Shown here one piece after another: positions 17,659-28,516 of a DNA stretch of 64,000 bases. Both the position numbers and the translations under genes were made by a program. Under the pieces are notes generated by a model. The model was not told the origin of the DNA. It saw only the letters and a list, made by a program, of their open reading frames with translations, and ran no database searches. The stretch's first letter is position 1. Each line of letters begins with the position of its first letter. The stretch is from Myxococcales bacterium UBA1660. GTDB taxonomy: Bacteria; Myxococcota_A; Polyangia; Polyangiales; Houyiibacteriaceae. Location: contig DCLA01000010.1 of assembly GCA_002320815.1 (NCBI GenBank), positions 95,991 to 159,990 on the forward strand, read 5' to 3'.

Positions 17659-18788
17659 CGGTGAGAGGCGAGTCGTTCGGAATCAAGCCCGGGGAGCTAC
17701 TAGCGCTTCTCGCGCGGCGTGGTTGGGATCGCGTCCAGCCGGGTAGGCTGACGTCCATTTGGGCTCGAGACGGTGTACGTATGCTGGTTCCCGTTGACGA
17801 TACGGCGGACGACTACGAGCGAAGGGTTCGGGATGTACTCCAAGACCTTGCCGCCAGAGACGGTCTAGACCTTCGGCGCCTCCGGCACGAAGTCGAAGAA
17901 TCCATCTTCGACAGCCTCAGTCTGCGGGTGGCTGCGCACTCGGTCGCGGGCACCACCACTCTCGAAGAGGGGCGGTCCCTGCTGATGGTTGCGCGCCAAG
18001 CCTGGAACTCGGGGGCTCGCCTCTTCGCGCGTAGATCGCCAGACGGTTTCTCTCAGGACGATGCGAAGGCTTTCGTTAGGCGGGTGAGGCTGGGGCAGAC
18101 GGAGCGTGGGAGCTATATCGTGCGGACGCTGGCGCCGGTGATCGAACTCCCCGAGCCCGGTCGACAGTTCTCCAACGAACCTACCGTCAGCCCCACTCAC
18201 ACGATAACAAGATTCTTGGCCGGGTCTTTAGGGGCTCTCCGGGAAGTCGTGCCGGAACTCCAGGTCGACGGCCTCGACTTGTCTCGCGCCGGGGCATTCC
18301 TGGCGACCAAGGGTGTGACGGCCGAGATTTGTAGAGCGATCAGCCGCGCTGTTGAAGAGCCAGGTGCTGAGAGTCTGCAAGCCGAGGTGAAGACCTCCGA
18401 CGTTGCTGCGCCTCCACTTGTCGGCGTTGCTTCGTTCACAGTTGATGATGCCCCGGCGCTACGAGCGGTAGCCAACGTGATCGCAGACCCACCACTCGCG
18501 GCGAGGCTTGGAGTGGAGGGGAAGGTCATAAGGCTGCATCGACGCCCCGGGGCCGAGCATGGCTTTGTGCGAGTGATGGCACTGGTCGATGGGCGAACGC
18601 GCCAGGTCAGCTTCTCATTAGGGGTGGAGGACTATGAGGTTGCGGTCGAAGCGCACAGGGCGATGAAGACCGTCGCGGTCTACGGTCCGCTGGAAACGCG
18701 GGGAACTGAGCTGTGGATCTCGAACCCCGCGAGCTTCCTCGTCATGGCAGATAGGTCAGAAGAGCTGCCCTTCGAGGAGAACGAGTAG
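17655..18788 (+). CDS. Hypothetical protein (377 aa), translationally coupled to the DUF4365-like gene
   Basis: GTG at 17655 overlaps the upstream TGA (GTGA). The sequence is non-repetitive and globular-looking ('IKPGELLALLARRGWDRVQPGRLTSIWARDGVRMLVPV...'), with no catalytic motif I recognise. Codon usage matches the island. Confidence 0.6.
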   Translation: MTVRGESFGIKPGELLALLARRGWDRVQPGRLTSIWARDGVRMLVPVDDTADDYERRVRDVLQDLAARDGLDLRRLRHEVEESIFDSLSLRVAAHSVAGTTTLEEGRSLLMVARQAWNSGARLFARRSPDGFSQDDAKAFVRRVRLGQTERGSYIVRTLAPVIELPEPGRQFSNEPTVSPTHTITRFLAGSLGALREVVPELQVDGLDLSRAGAFLATKGVTAEICRAISRAVEEPGAESLQAEVKTSDVAAPPLVGVASFTVDDAPALRAVANVIADPPLAARLGVEGKVIRLHRRPGAEHGFVRVMALVDGRTRQVSFSLGVEDYEVAVEAHRAMKTVAVYGPLETRGTELWISNPASFLVMADRSEELPFEENE

Positions 18789-18875
18789 TCATCACATGGA
18801 TGGGCAATTAGGTCCTAGCCCACGGCTCCACATGGACAGGTCACACCCTCGTGGTACCTGACGGTTGGCCACGAA

Positions 18876-19928
18876 GTGAGAAAGGACTCCACGAAAAGAC
18901 GCGCACATCGAATCCGTCGGGCGCGGAAGGCCGCGCGCCACCAGGAGCGGCGCCACTGGAGTCGCGAGCTTTATCGCGATTCTCAGCGGGCACTGTCCCG
19001 ATGGCTGCGGGAGAATGCGCCGATCACTCGGTCGGTCGCTGCGCGACACCATCATGAGACCGTTCGCCTCGAGGGTGTGCTGTGCCTCGCATCGAGGCCC
19101 GGCCCAACACTGAAGGAACTGCTGAAGCTCGACCTCCAACTACCCTCATGCCCGACCTTGGTCGTGGTCGACCTTCGGGGGGTCAAGGCCATCGATGCCG
19201 CGGCGATAGTCTACCTCTGCTCTCGCATTCGGAGAATCGGTCGGCGGCCGCACACCCAGGTGGCGGGCTTCTACCCGGTGGCTGACGCGCCGACCCGGCT
19301 TCTGATGGAAGCGGGGTTCGACGACTTCCTCAAGTCTGAGCAGGTGCCTAGGCGAGCAACCGGGGACTTCCGGTCCGTGAAGCTGGTCGTGGGGCGTCGT
19401 CGGAATGAAAGAGTGAATCCCGACGTTGCGGCAGAAGTGGGGGGATTTATCAAGGCGCTGCAGCCATCCATGAGCGTGATCGAGCACGACTCGCTGACTC
19501 TAGCAGTGAGCGAATGCTTGGAGAATGTCCGGGTCCACGCGTATCGGCCACGAATCGAGTACGGTTGGTACGTCGTCGGGGTGCACGACCCGGACCGTCG
19601 AGTCTCGTCTGTCGCTATCCTTGACGCCGGAAGGGGTATCTTCGCGAGTTCCACCGAGAACGCTCCGCTGAGCGACACGAAGGGCAACCGGAAGGTTGCT
19701 CTGCTAGAGACTACGAAGGGGGTACGAACAGCCTCGATGTCGCCTGAGCGCGGCAAGGGGCTCAGCTCCCTACGCGAGATGGTCTGCGACCCCACCTGTG
19801 GGGGCTCCTTCACGGTCGTGTCGTCCGGCGCCATGGTCCGTTGGGTGACTGGCGACGAACCGGATCGTATAGTAACGGTCCCCGATGTCGGTGGGACGAT
19901 CGTAGTGGTCGAGGTCCCGGACCCATGA
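18876..19928 (+). CDS. Fusion protein: STAS-like domain plus SpoIIAB/RsbW-like GHKL ATPase/Ser kinase
   Basis: The STAS-like segment is 'PTLVVVDLRGVKAIDAAAIVYLCSRIRRI...LLMEAGFDDFL'. The GHKL N-box is 'LAVSECLENVRVHAY' (compare SpoIIAB 'VSEAVTNAIIHGY'). The G1 box is 'VAILDAGRGI' and the G2 is 'ERGKGLSSLREM'. The N-terminal 50 aa are Arg-rich and the true start is uncertain. Confidence 0.7.
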   Translation: MRKDSTKRRAHRIRRARKAARHQERRHWSRELYRDSQRALSRWLRENAPITRSVAARHHHETVRLEGVLCLASRPGPTLKELLKLDLQLPSCPTLVVVDLRGVKAIDAAAIVYLCSRIRRIGRRPHTQVAGFYPVADAPTRLLMEAGFDDFLKSEQVPRRATGDFRSVKLVVGRRRNERVNPDVAAEVGGFIKALQPSMSVIEHDSLTLAVSECLENVRVHAYRPRIEYGWYVVGVHDPDRRVSSVAILDAGRGIFASSTENAPLSDTKGNRKVALLETTKGVRTASMSPERGKGLSSLREMVCDPTCGGSFTVVSSGAMVRWVTGDEPDRIVTVPDVGGTIVVVEVPDP

Positions 19929-20269
19929 CGAGCACCTACATTCATATCGCCAAGAACTATAGCCCCCGTCTCGGCGGCCGATATGTTCGCGACGGGAAGT
20001 TCTCGGGCGAGGACTTCCGAGATAGGGTCCTGCGCCCGGCGTTCCTCGCGAACGACAAGGTCTCGATGAACATCGATGGCACTGAAAACATCAGCGCTTC
20101 GTTCTACGAGGAGGCGCTTGGCGGTCTTGTAGCGGAGTTCGGGCTGAAGGCCGTTCTAGAGAAGCTGACGATCGTAGCGGTGGAGCGTGGCTACCTCGTA
20201 CCTCGCCTGCTCCGCTGGATGGAGCAGCGTGAGGCTCAGCGTGTTGCAAAAACCGCAGCCAACGCTTAG
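19925..20269 (+). CDS. DUF4325 (STAS-like) protein
   Basis: ATG at 19925 overlaps the upstream stop (ATGA). 'FRDRVLRPAFLANDKVSMNIDGTENISASFYEEALGGLVAEFG' fits the DUF4325 pattern ('v.ldf.gv..issSF.dE.fg.l'). Confidence 0.65.
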   Translation: MTSTYIHIAKNYSPRLGGRYVRDGKFSGEDFRDRVLRPAFLANDKVSMNIDGTENISASFYEEALGGLVAEFGLKAVLEKLTIVAVERGYLVPRLLRWMEQREAQRVAKTAANA

Positions 20270-20289
20270 GCCACGGCAGCGACTCCGCT

Positions 20290-20892
20290 ATGGCATCGCC
20301 CATCATCTCTGCCCTCGCGCTCGTCGTTTCGATTGTCGTAGCGTTCCTCACTTTGCGTTGGGCTGGACGAGCGCCATGGCATTCCCTCGTCGGCGAACAA
20401 CTCAATAGGATCATTCACAGGACCGTTGACGACTGGCACGCGATGGACTCACTCCTTGCGTGGCCCGTGAAGGATGCCCGGGAGGAGCTGGCGCAAAGGC
20501 TCAGCAACCTGCGCGAGAGCGTCGACCGAAAGCTCAAGGCTCTTGAGCTTCTGTACCCCGAGCTATCGAAGCCCCTCATGAGGGCAAGACAACGGATGCT
20601 CGAGACATGGGACGATCGGTTTTTCTCCTCCGATGAAGCGACGCTTCCCGAACGGGACCGCGAACGTCTAAAGACAGCGTATCGAGACGCAACGACAGAG
20701 TTCCTGGCGGCAATCCGTGCCTTCGCCGAGACGATAGGTGACCCGGGACGACTAACAAAGTCTCGGCTCGGCAAGGGCTTTGCAGCCTTGCTCGTGGCAT
20801 CATCTTTGGTCGGGGCCGGATTCTGGCTCGGGCTGACCTACGGTGTGGACGACGAGCGCGAGCCTGCCGCGTCGAGGGTCTCACCGTCCTAG
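20290..20892 (+). CDS. Membrane protein with N- and C-terminal TM helices flanking a helical soluble region
   Basis: Starts 20 nt after the DUF4325 gene. The TM helices are 'IISALALVVSIVVAFLTL' and 'FAALLVASSLVGAGFWLGLTY'. The middle roughly 130 aa are charged and helical. No family recognised. Confidence 0.6.
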   Translation: MASPIISALALVVSIVVAFLTLRWAGRAPWHSLVGEQLNRIIHRTVDDWHAMDSLLAWPVKDAREELAQRLSNLRESVDRKLKALELLYPELSKPLMRARQRMLETWDDRFFSSDEATLPERDRERLKTAYRDATTEFLAAIRAFAETIGDPGRLTKSRLGKGFAALLVASSLVGAGFWLGLTYGVDDEREPAASRVSPS

Positions 20893-20981
20893 GGCCCGCG
20901 TCGCCAGTGTCCAGGTCCGAGCTTGGCTAGACCTCTGTCGCGATCACCCAGGGACACGGCTTTGCCCAGACATTTGGAATC

Positions 20982-21173
20982 CTACCGAATACCTCGATGA
21001 ACTCCTAAATAGTGCTTCTCCGCAAGCGCTACGCGGTGGCCGAACTGGCGCGCACTGAGAAACGCTATCACCCATCGAAGACCCCGGGCGTGCGTTGCAC
21101 AGGCTTCGAAGCCTCTTCCGGACGACGCTCGGTGCTCCAAAGTTCTCGTCCCCGTCGGTGGGATGGGCGTCAT
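20982..21173 (-). pseudogene. Possible C-terminal remnant of a tyrosine recombinase/integrase
   Basis: 'ARGLRWVIAFLSARQFGHRVALAEKHYLG' aligns by eye with the integrase box II region (hDLRHtfAs.l...G....i...LGHs....t..Y.h). It retains the Arg, the His/Trp position and the terminal Tyr. No N-terminal or core domain is present. Confidence 0.35.
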
Positions 21174-21289
21174 TGACCAGGTTTTTCGATAGCGGTTCGT
21201 CGGGGCCGAAACATACGGTCCGTGGGACTGGCGTCAGAGCGAGGACGAGTCTGCAAGTTGGGAGGCGGGGAGGGCGATCCCCGCGGGGG

Positions 21290-24259
<2,970 letters not shown>

Positions 24260-24364
24260 AGGGGTGCGTGGAGGTGGGGCGCCGGGCTACGCGCTCGCGG
24301 AGAAAGTCCGCGGATCGACCCATCGGGTGTGGGATGGCATACTACGCATCCCCGCCGGTTTGGG

Positions 24365-25711
24365 TCAACCTGTTGCGCGTCGTTCGGCGAGCCTCTCGAG
24401 GAACTTCGTGGAGAGGTTTCCGGACACGAAATCCGGGTCCTGGAGGATCCGGCGGTGCAGCGGGAGGTTGGTGCGGATGCCGTCGATGATGGTCTCGTCG
24501 ACCGCGCGCCGGAGCCGGCGGATCGCGATGTCCCGGGTGGGACCGACGGCGATCAGCTTGGCGATGAGGGAGTCGTAGACCCGGGGCACCGTCCAACCGG
24601 CGAAGACGCCGTCGTCGATGCGGATGCCGGGACCCCCCGCGGGGTGGTAGCTGGTGATCTTGCCGGGCCACGGGACGTAGGTGTCCGGGTCCTCGGCGTT
24701 GATCCGCAGCTCGATGGCGTGCCCCTTCATGCCCGGCTCGTCGGGCAGGGTGGGGGTCTCTCCGGCGGCGAGCCGGATCTGCTCCATCACCAGGTCCACG
24801 CCGGTGACCTCTTCGGTGACCGGGTGCTCCACCTGGATGCGCGTGTTCATCTCCATGAACGCCAGGTTGCCCCGCTCGTCCATGAGGAACTCGAGGGTGC
24901 CCGCCGAGCGGTAGCCGCTCTCGCGGAGCGCGCGCTCGATGGTCGAGGTCATGTCCCGGCGGAGCTCCTCGGTCATGGCGACCGAGGGGGCCTCCTCGAG
25001 GATCTTCTGGTGTCGGCGCTGGATCGAGCACTCGCGCTCGCCCAGGACCCACACCTTGCCGGCGCCGTCGCAGAGCACCTGGAACTCGATGTGCCGGGGC
25101 TCCTCGACGTAGCGCTCGCAGTAGAGGTCGCCGTTCTTGAACGACGCCTCGGCCTCGGCGCGGGCGCGGGGGTAGGCCTTCCGCATCGACTCGGCGTCGC
25201 GGATGATCTGCATGCCGCGGCCACCGCCGCCGCCGGACGCCTTGAGCATCACCGGGAAGCCGACGGCCTCCGCCTGACGCACGGCGTCGTCCGCGTCCTG
25301 GATGACCTGGGAGCCCTCCATCAGCGGGAGACCCAACCGCTTGGCCAGGGCGCGGGCGGGGACCTTCTCGCCCCACTGGCTCATGTCCTCGGGGCGGGGC
25401 CCGATGAACGTGAGGCCACAGTCGGAGACGATCTGCGCGAAGTCGGCGTTCTCGCTGAGGAAGCCGTAGCCGGGATGGACCGCATCGGCACCGGTGATCT
25501 CGGCGGCTGCGAGGATCGCGGGCACGTTGAGGTAGCTCTGGGTGGCGTCGGGCGGACCGATGCAGACCGCTTCGTCGGCGAGGCGCACGTGGAGCGCCTC
25601 GGCGTCGACCTCGGAGTGCACGGCGACGGTCTCGATGCCGAGCTCGCGGCACGCGCGGAGCACCCGGAGCGCGATCTCGCCCCGGTTCGCGATGAGGACC
25701 TTCTGGAACAT
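24365..25711 (-). CDS. accC: Acetyl-CoA carboxylase, biotin carboxylase subunit
   Basis: '[33 protein letters not shown]' with full-length ATP-grasp collinearity. Confidence 0.95.
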   Translation of the reverse strand: MFQKVLIANRGEIALRVLRACRELGIETVAVHSEVDAEALHVRLADEAVCIGPPDATQSYLNVPAILAAAEITGADAVHPGYGFLSENADFAQIVSDCGLTFIGPRPEDMSQWGEKVPARALAKRLGLPLMEGSQVIQDADDAVRQAEAVGFPVMLKASGGGGGRGMQIIRDAESMRKAYPRARAEAEASFKNGDLYCERYVEEPRHIEFQVLCDGAGKVWVLGERECSIQRRHQKILEEAPSVAMTEELRRDMTSTIERALRESGYRSAGTLEFLMDERGNLAFMEMNTRIQVEHPVTEEVTGVDLVMEQIRLAAGETPTLPDEPGMKGHAIELRINAEDPDTYVPWPGKITSYHPAGGPGIRIDDGVFAGWTVPRVYDSLIAKLIAVGPTRDIAIRRLRRAVDETIIDGIRTNLPLHRRILQDPDFVSGNLSTKFLERLAERRATG

Positions 25712-26157
25712 CAGCGCTGCACGCGGAAGAGACGGTCGCCGTACTCGACGGGCTTGCCGTTCTCCACGAGGATCTCGAGGATCTTGCCGGAGAACTCCGC
25801 CTCGATCTCGTTCATCAGCTTCATGGCTTCGACGATGCAGAGGGTCTGCCCCGCCTCGAAGCTCGAGCCCTCGTTGACGAAGGCCTTCGAGGTCGGGTTC
25901 GGCGCCCGGTAGAAGGTGCCGACGAAGGGCGAGGTGACGTACTCGCCTTCGACCTCGGCCTCTTCGGCCGCCGGAGCGGCGGACGCGGGCGGCGGCGCGA
26001 ACGAGGGCGCCTGGGTCATCATGGGCATGGGGATCGCGGCGGCAGAGCCCCGGCGGAGCACGATGCGCTCTTCGCCGCGCTCGAGCTCGAGCTCGCTCAT
26101 GCCGTGATCGTCCATGGCTTTCATCAGCTCACGGAGCTGGTCGAGGTCGACTTCCAC
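25711..26157 (-). CDS. accB: Acetyl-CoA carboxylase, biotin carboxyl carrier protein
   Basis: The biotinylation motif '[15 protein letters not shown]' is present. The stop overlaps the accC start (ATGA). Confidence 0.93.
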   Translation of the reverse strand: MEVDLDQLRELMKAMDDHGMSELELERGEERIVLRRGSAAAIPMPMMTQAPSFAPPPASAAPAAEEAEVEGEYVTSPFVGTFYRAPNPTSKAFVNEGSSFEAGQTLCIVEAMKLMNEIEAEFSGKILEILVENGKPVEYGDRLFRVQR

Positions 26158-26196
26158 TGTTCCTTTTCGCTCTCTCCGCGGTCGGCGCGGATGCGC

Positions 26197-26643
26197 CTAG
26201 CCGTCGGTCCGGCGGAGATAGCCGATGAGCGCCCGCAAGCCAAGGGAGTAGCTGTCCGCACCGAAGCCGGTGACGACTCCGACGGCCGCGGACGCGGTGT
26301 GGCTGTGGGCCCGGAAGGCCTCCCGCGCGTGCACGTTGGACAGGTGGACCTCCACCGCGGGTAGCGGGATCGCGCGCAGCGCGTCGCCCAACGCGATCGA
26401 CGTGTGGGTGTAGGCGCCGAAGTTGAACAGCACCCCGGCGTGGGTCGCGCGCGCCGCGTGGAGCCGATCGAGGAGCTCGCCCTCGTGGTTCGACTGATGG
26501 CAGTCGACCTCCACGCCGAGCTCGGCCGCGAGCTCCCGCAGGGAGTCGTCGATCGCCGCGAGGGTGGTCAGCCCGTACACGTCGACCTGCCGGGTCCCCA
26601 GGAGGTTCAGGTTCGGCCCGTGCAGGACCAGGATCGTCTCCAT
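26197..26643 (-). CDS. aroQ: Type II 3-dehydroquinate dehydratase
   Basis: 'ILVLHGPNLNLLGTRQVDVYG' and 'HLSNVHAREAFR'. Confidence 0.93.
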   Translation of the reverse strand: METILVLHGPNLNLLGTRQVDVYGLTTLAAIDDSLRELAAELGVEVDCHQSNHEGELLDRLHAARATHAGVLFNFGAYTHTSIALGDALRAIPLPAVEVHLSNVHAREAFRAHSHTASAAVGVVTGFGADSYSLGLRALIGYLRRTDG

Positions 26644-26650
26644 GAGCTTC

Positions 26651-27013
26651 CTAGAACGTCAGCTCGCTCGCGAGCGACTGGCCGCGGGTGCGGAGCAGGA
26701 AGCGCGCCTTGCCGAGGTTGCCGGAGGGCTGGAGCGTCACCGCGACGAAGTACTCTTCGTTGATGAGCCGGATCACCGTCACCAGCCGCTCGGCCTTGAT
26801 GGCGACCTCCTTGGCGGCCCCGGCCTGGAGCATCTCGGCGGCCTTGAGGATCTGCTTCAGAACGACCGAGTACTCCATGCCCACCGACTCGACATCGATG
26901 GTCTGGCCGTCCCGGACGTACTGGTCGACGGGGATGCCGTCGTAGCCCATCAGGAGGCCGGCGATGCCGCCCTCGGTGTTGTCGACGACGGATTGGAGGA
27001 CTTCCTTGAACAT
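26651..27013 (-). CDS. Roadblock/LC7 (MglB-like) domain protein
   Basis: ATG at 27013 gives 'MFKEVLQSVVDNTEGGIAGLLMGYDGIPVDQY...EYFVAVTLQPSGNLGKARF', the Robl_LC7 pattern. The longer track ORF (to 27238) adds an unlikely Arg-rich leader. Confidence 0.75.
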   Translation of the reverse strand: MFKEVLQSVVDNTEGGIAGLLMGYDGIPVDQYVRDGQTIDVESVGMEYSVVLKQILKAAEMLQAGAAKEVAIKAERLVTVIRLINEEYFVAVTLQPSGNLGKARFLLRTRGQSLASELTF

Positions 27014-27156
27014 GCGCGAGGGCGATCTCCGCATGGAACGGGACCCGGGGTCAAGTTCGCTGGCGTACCGCGCGCGACGAGGGGCGCTCCCCCGAGGGCG
27101 CGCGGGGCTCTTCGGGTGCGCTCGGCGTGCGGGCCCGCGCCACGCTCCCCGGGCGC

Positions 27157-27273
27157 TCAGCGATCGCGGTCGTCGAGCTTGCGGGTGAGCGCCACGGCGA
27201 CGAGCCCGAGCAAAAAGAAGAGCGACCAAGCCATCCAAGCCGGCATAGGAGGGCAGGTTAGAGGTTTCTGCAT
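27157..27273 (-). CDS. Possible small membrane peptide (38 aa)
   Basis: 'MQKPLTCPPMPAWMAWSLFFLLGLVAVALTRKLDDRDR' has one clear TM helix followed by a basic/acidic tail, and an AAGGA lies about 13 nt upstream. Too short for a confident call. Confidence 0.3.
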   Translation of the reverse strand: MQKPLTCPPMPAWMAWSLFFLLGLVAVALTRKLDDRDR

Positions 27274-27292
27274 CGCTTGTCGTTTTCCTTGC

Positions 27293-27320
27293 TTGACTTC
27301 TCTGCTGCCGAGGCTAAACA
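27293..27320 (+). promoter_or_regulatory. Putative promoter of tRNA-Leu
   Basis: TTGACT (27293-27298), a 16-nt spacer, then TAAACA (27315-27320), about 44 nt upstream of the tRNA. Confidence 0.3.
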
Positions 27321-27363
27321 GGCGTCTCCCAACGGGGCTCCGGCCCTCGGGACCTGACAACTT

Positions 27364-27448
27364 GCGGATGTGGCGGAATTGGCAGACGCGCTGGATTAAG
27401 GATCCAGTGGGGCAACCCGTGGAGGTTCGACTCCTCTCGTCCGCACCA
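27364..27448 (+). tRNA. tRNA-Leu, class II, apparent anticodon AAG
   Basis: The acceptor is GCGGATG/CGTCCGC. The long variable arm is 'tggggcaacccgt'. The T arm is GGAGG-TTCGACT-CCTCT. CCA is encoded. The anticodon arm CTGGA-TTAAGGA-TCCAG places A-A-G at positions 34-36, with U33 and G37. Confidence 0.85.
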
Positions 27449-27462
27449 ACGGTCCCACGAAG

Positions 27463-27492
27463 AAAGGCTACCCCGACGGGGTAGCCTTTTTT
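27463..27492 (+). terminator. Rho-independent terminator after tRNA-Leu
   Basis: GGCTACCCC-GAC-GGGGTAGCC followed by TTTTTT. The preceding AAA makes it potentially bidirectional. Confidence 0.8.
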
Positions 27493-27552
27493 CGTTCAGT
27501 CCTCTCGAACTCCCCGCGGCCGCGCCCCATCGGAGCGCGGCCGCCGACGCGC

Positions 27553-27984
27553 TCAGCCGACGACGCTGAGGAGCTTCGTCATGCGCAGCATGAGCGGCAG
27601 GTGCGCCACCGCGCCGGTCACCTGGATGGCCCCGTCGGCGGAGGCCTTGGCCACCTCCCGCGCCACCTCGCCCCGCGGGTCGGGCAGCCCGAAGCGGGGC
27701 TCGAGCTCCACCAGGGACATCTTGGTGATCCACTCGCTCGAGGTGCGGACGGTGGTGTCCGGGATGCCGTGGAAGTCGTCGTAGATGGTCACGCCGCCGT
27801 CGTGGAAGTGCAGGGTCACGACCATCTGCAGATCCTCGATCACGAGGGCCACCCGGCCGCGCATGCGGCGCAGGGTGTCCTTCTTGCCCGGGCGTTCGGT
27901 GAGGTTGTCGCGCACGAGCTGCGCGAGCATCGAGGTGAACCCGTTGCGCTCCGCGCCGGGTCCGAGGGTCACGAAGGGTTCCAT
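27553..27984 (-). CDS. SCP2 sterol-binding-like domain protein
   Basis: 'FTSMLAQLVRDNLTERPGKKDTLRRMRGRVALVIEDLQMVVTLHFHDGGVTIYD...' has an SCP2-like layout and ends in an amphipathic helix. Confidence 0.6.
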   Translation of the reverse strand: MEPFVTLGPGAERNGFTSMLAQLVRDNLTERPGKKDTLRRMRGRVALVIEDLQMVVTLHFHDGGVTIYDDFHGIPDTTVRTSSEWITKMSLVELEPRFGLPDPRGEVAREVAKASADGAIQVTGAVAHLPLMLRMTKLLSVVG

Positions 27985-27997
27985 CGGGGGCTCCGGT

Positions 27998-28441
27998 TCA
28001 GGCGGGCGGCTGCGGGGCGGCGTCGAAGTCGGTGTCGACCGCGGTCGCGCTGTTCACCAGGGCGCGCGACGACTCCACGAAGCGCAGCATGGTGGGCAGC
28101 GCGCCCTTGGTGAGCTTCAGCTTGCCCTCCATCATCGCCTTGATGGGGTCGACCTCGCCGCGGATCACGCTGAGCCAGCGGTCGTAGTCGGCGACGATCA
28201 CGAAGGGGGCGGCGTCCATGGCGCCGAGGCCCTTCACGTACTCGATGCCTCGGCACTCGCCCTGGTGCACGTCGAGGACGAAGCCCATGGCGTCGTCGAT
28301 GCCGCGCTCGGGGGTCGCCTTGACCGCCATGGCGACCTTGCCGAAGGTCCACGGCTTGCCGTGCTTCCGGTAGGTCTCGTTCTGGTTCACGGCGTCGCGG
28401 AACGCGTCCGCCCAACCACGGGAAGGAAAGGGATGGCCCAT
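27998..28441 (-). CDS. SCP2 domain protein
   Basis: ATG at 28441 gives 'MGHPFPSRGWADAFRDAVNQNETYRKHGKPWTFGKVAMAV...DPIKAMMEGKLKLTKGALPTMLRF', the classic SCP2 C-terminal pattern. The rest of the 623-aa track ORF is an artefact. Confidence 0.7.
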   Translation of the reverse strand: MGHPFPSRGWADAFRDAVNQNETYRKHGKPWTFGKVAMAVKATPERGIDDAMGFVLDVHQGECRGIEYVKGLGAMDAAPFVIVADYDRWLSVIRGEVDPIKAMMEGKLKLTKGALPTMLRFVESSRALVNSATAVDTDFDAAPQPPA

Positions 28442-28516
28442 GGCGGCGGACCATGACGCGGGCCACCCGGGGGGGCAACGCGGGGCTCGGGGCTCCCCGC
28501 GTGCTAAGGCGACCCC

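Larger units (their letters stand above)
16514..21289. mobile_element. Lower-G+C genomic island adjacent to the 3' end of tRNA-Gly (degraded integrative element?)
   Basis: Composition drops visibly. By hand count, 17341-17400 is 31/60 G+C versus 50/60 for 13081-13140. It contains five co-oriented accessory genes and a tyrosine-integrase C-terminal fragment at the distal end. It is bounded by the tRNA and by the stop of the high-GC TPR gene. I found no flanking direct repeat. Confidence 0.6.
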
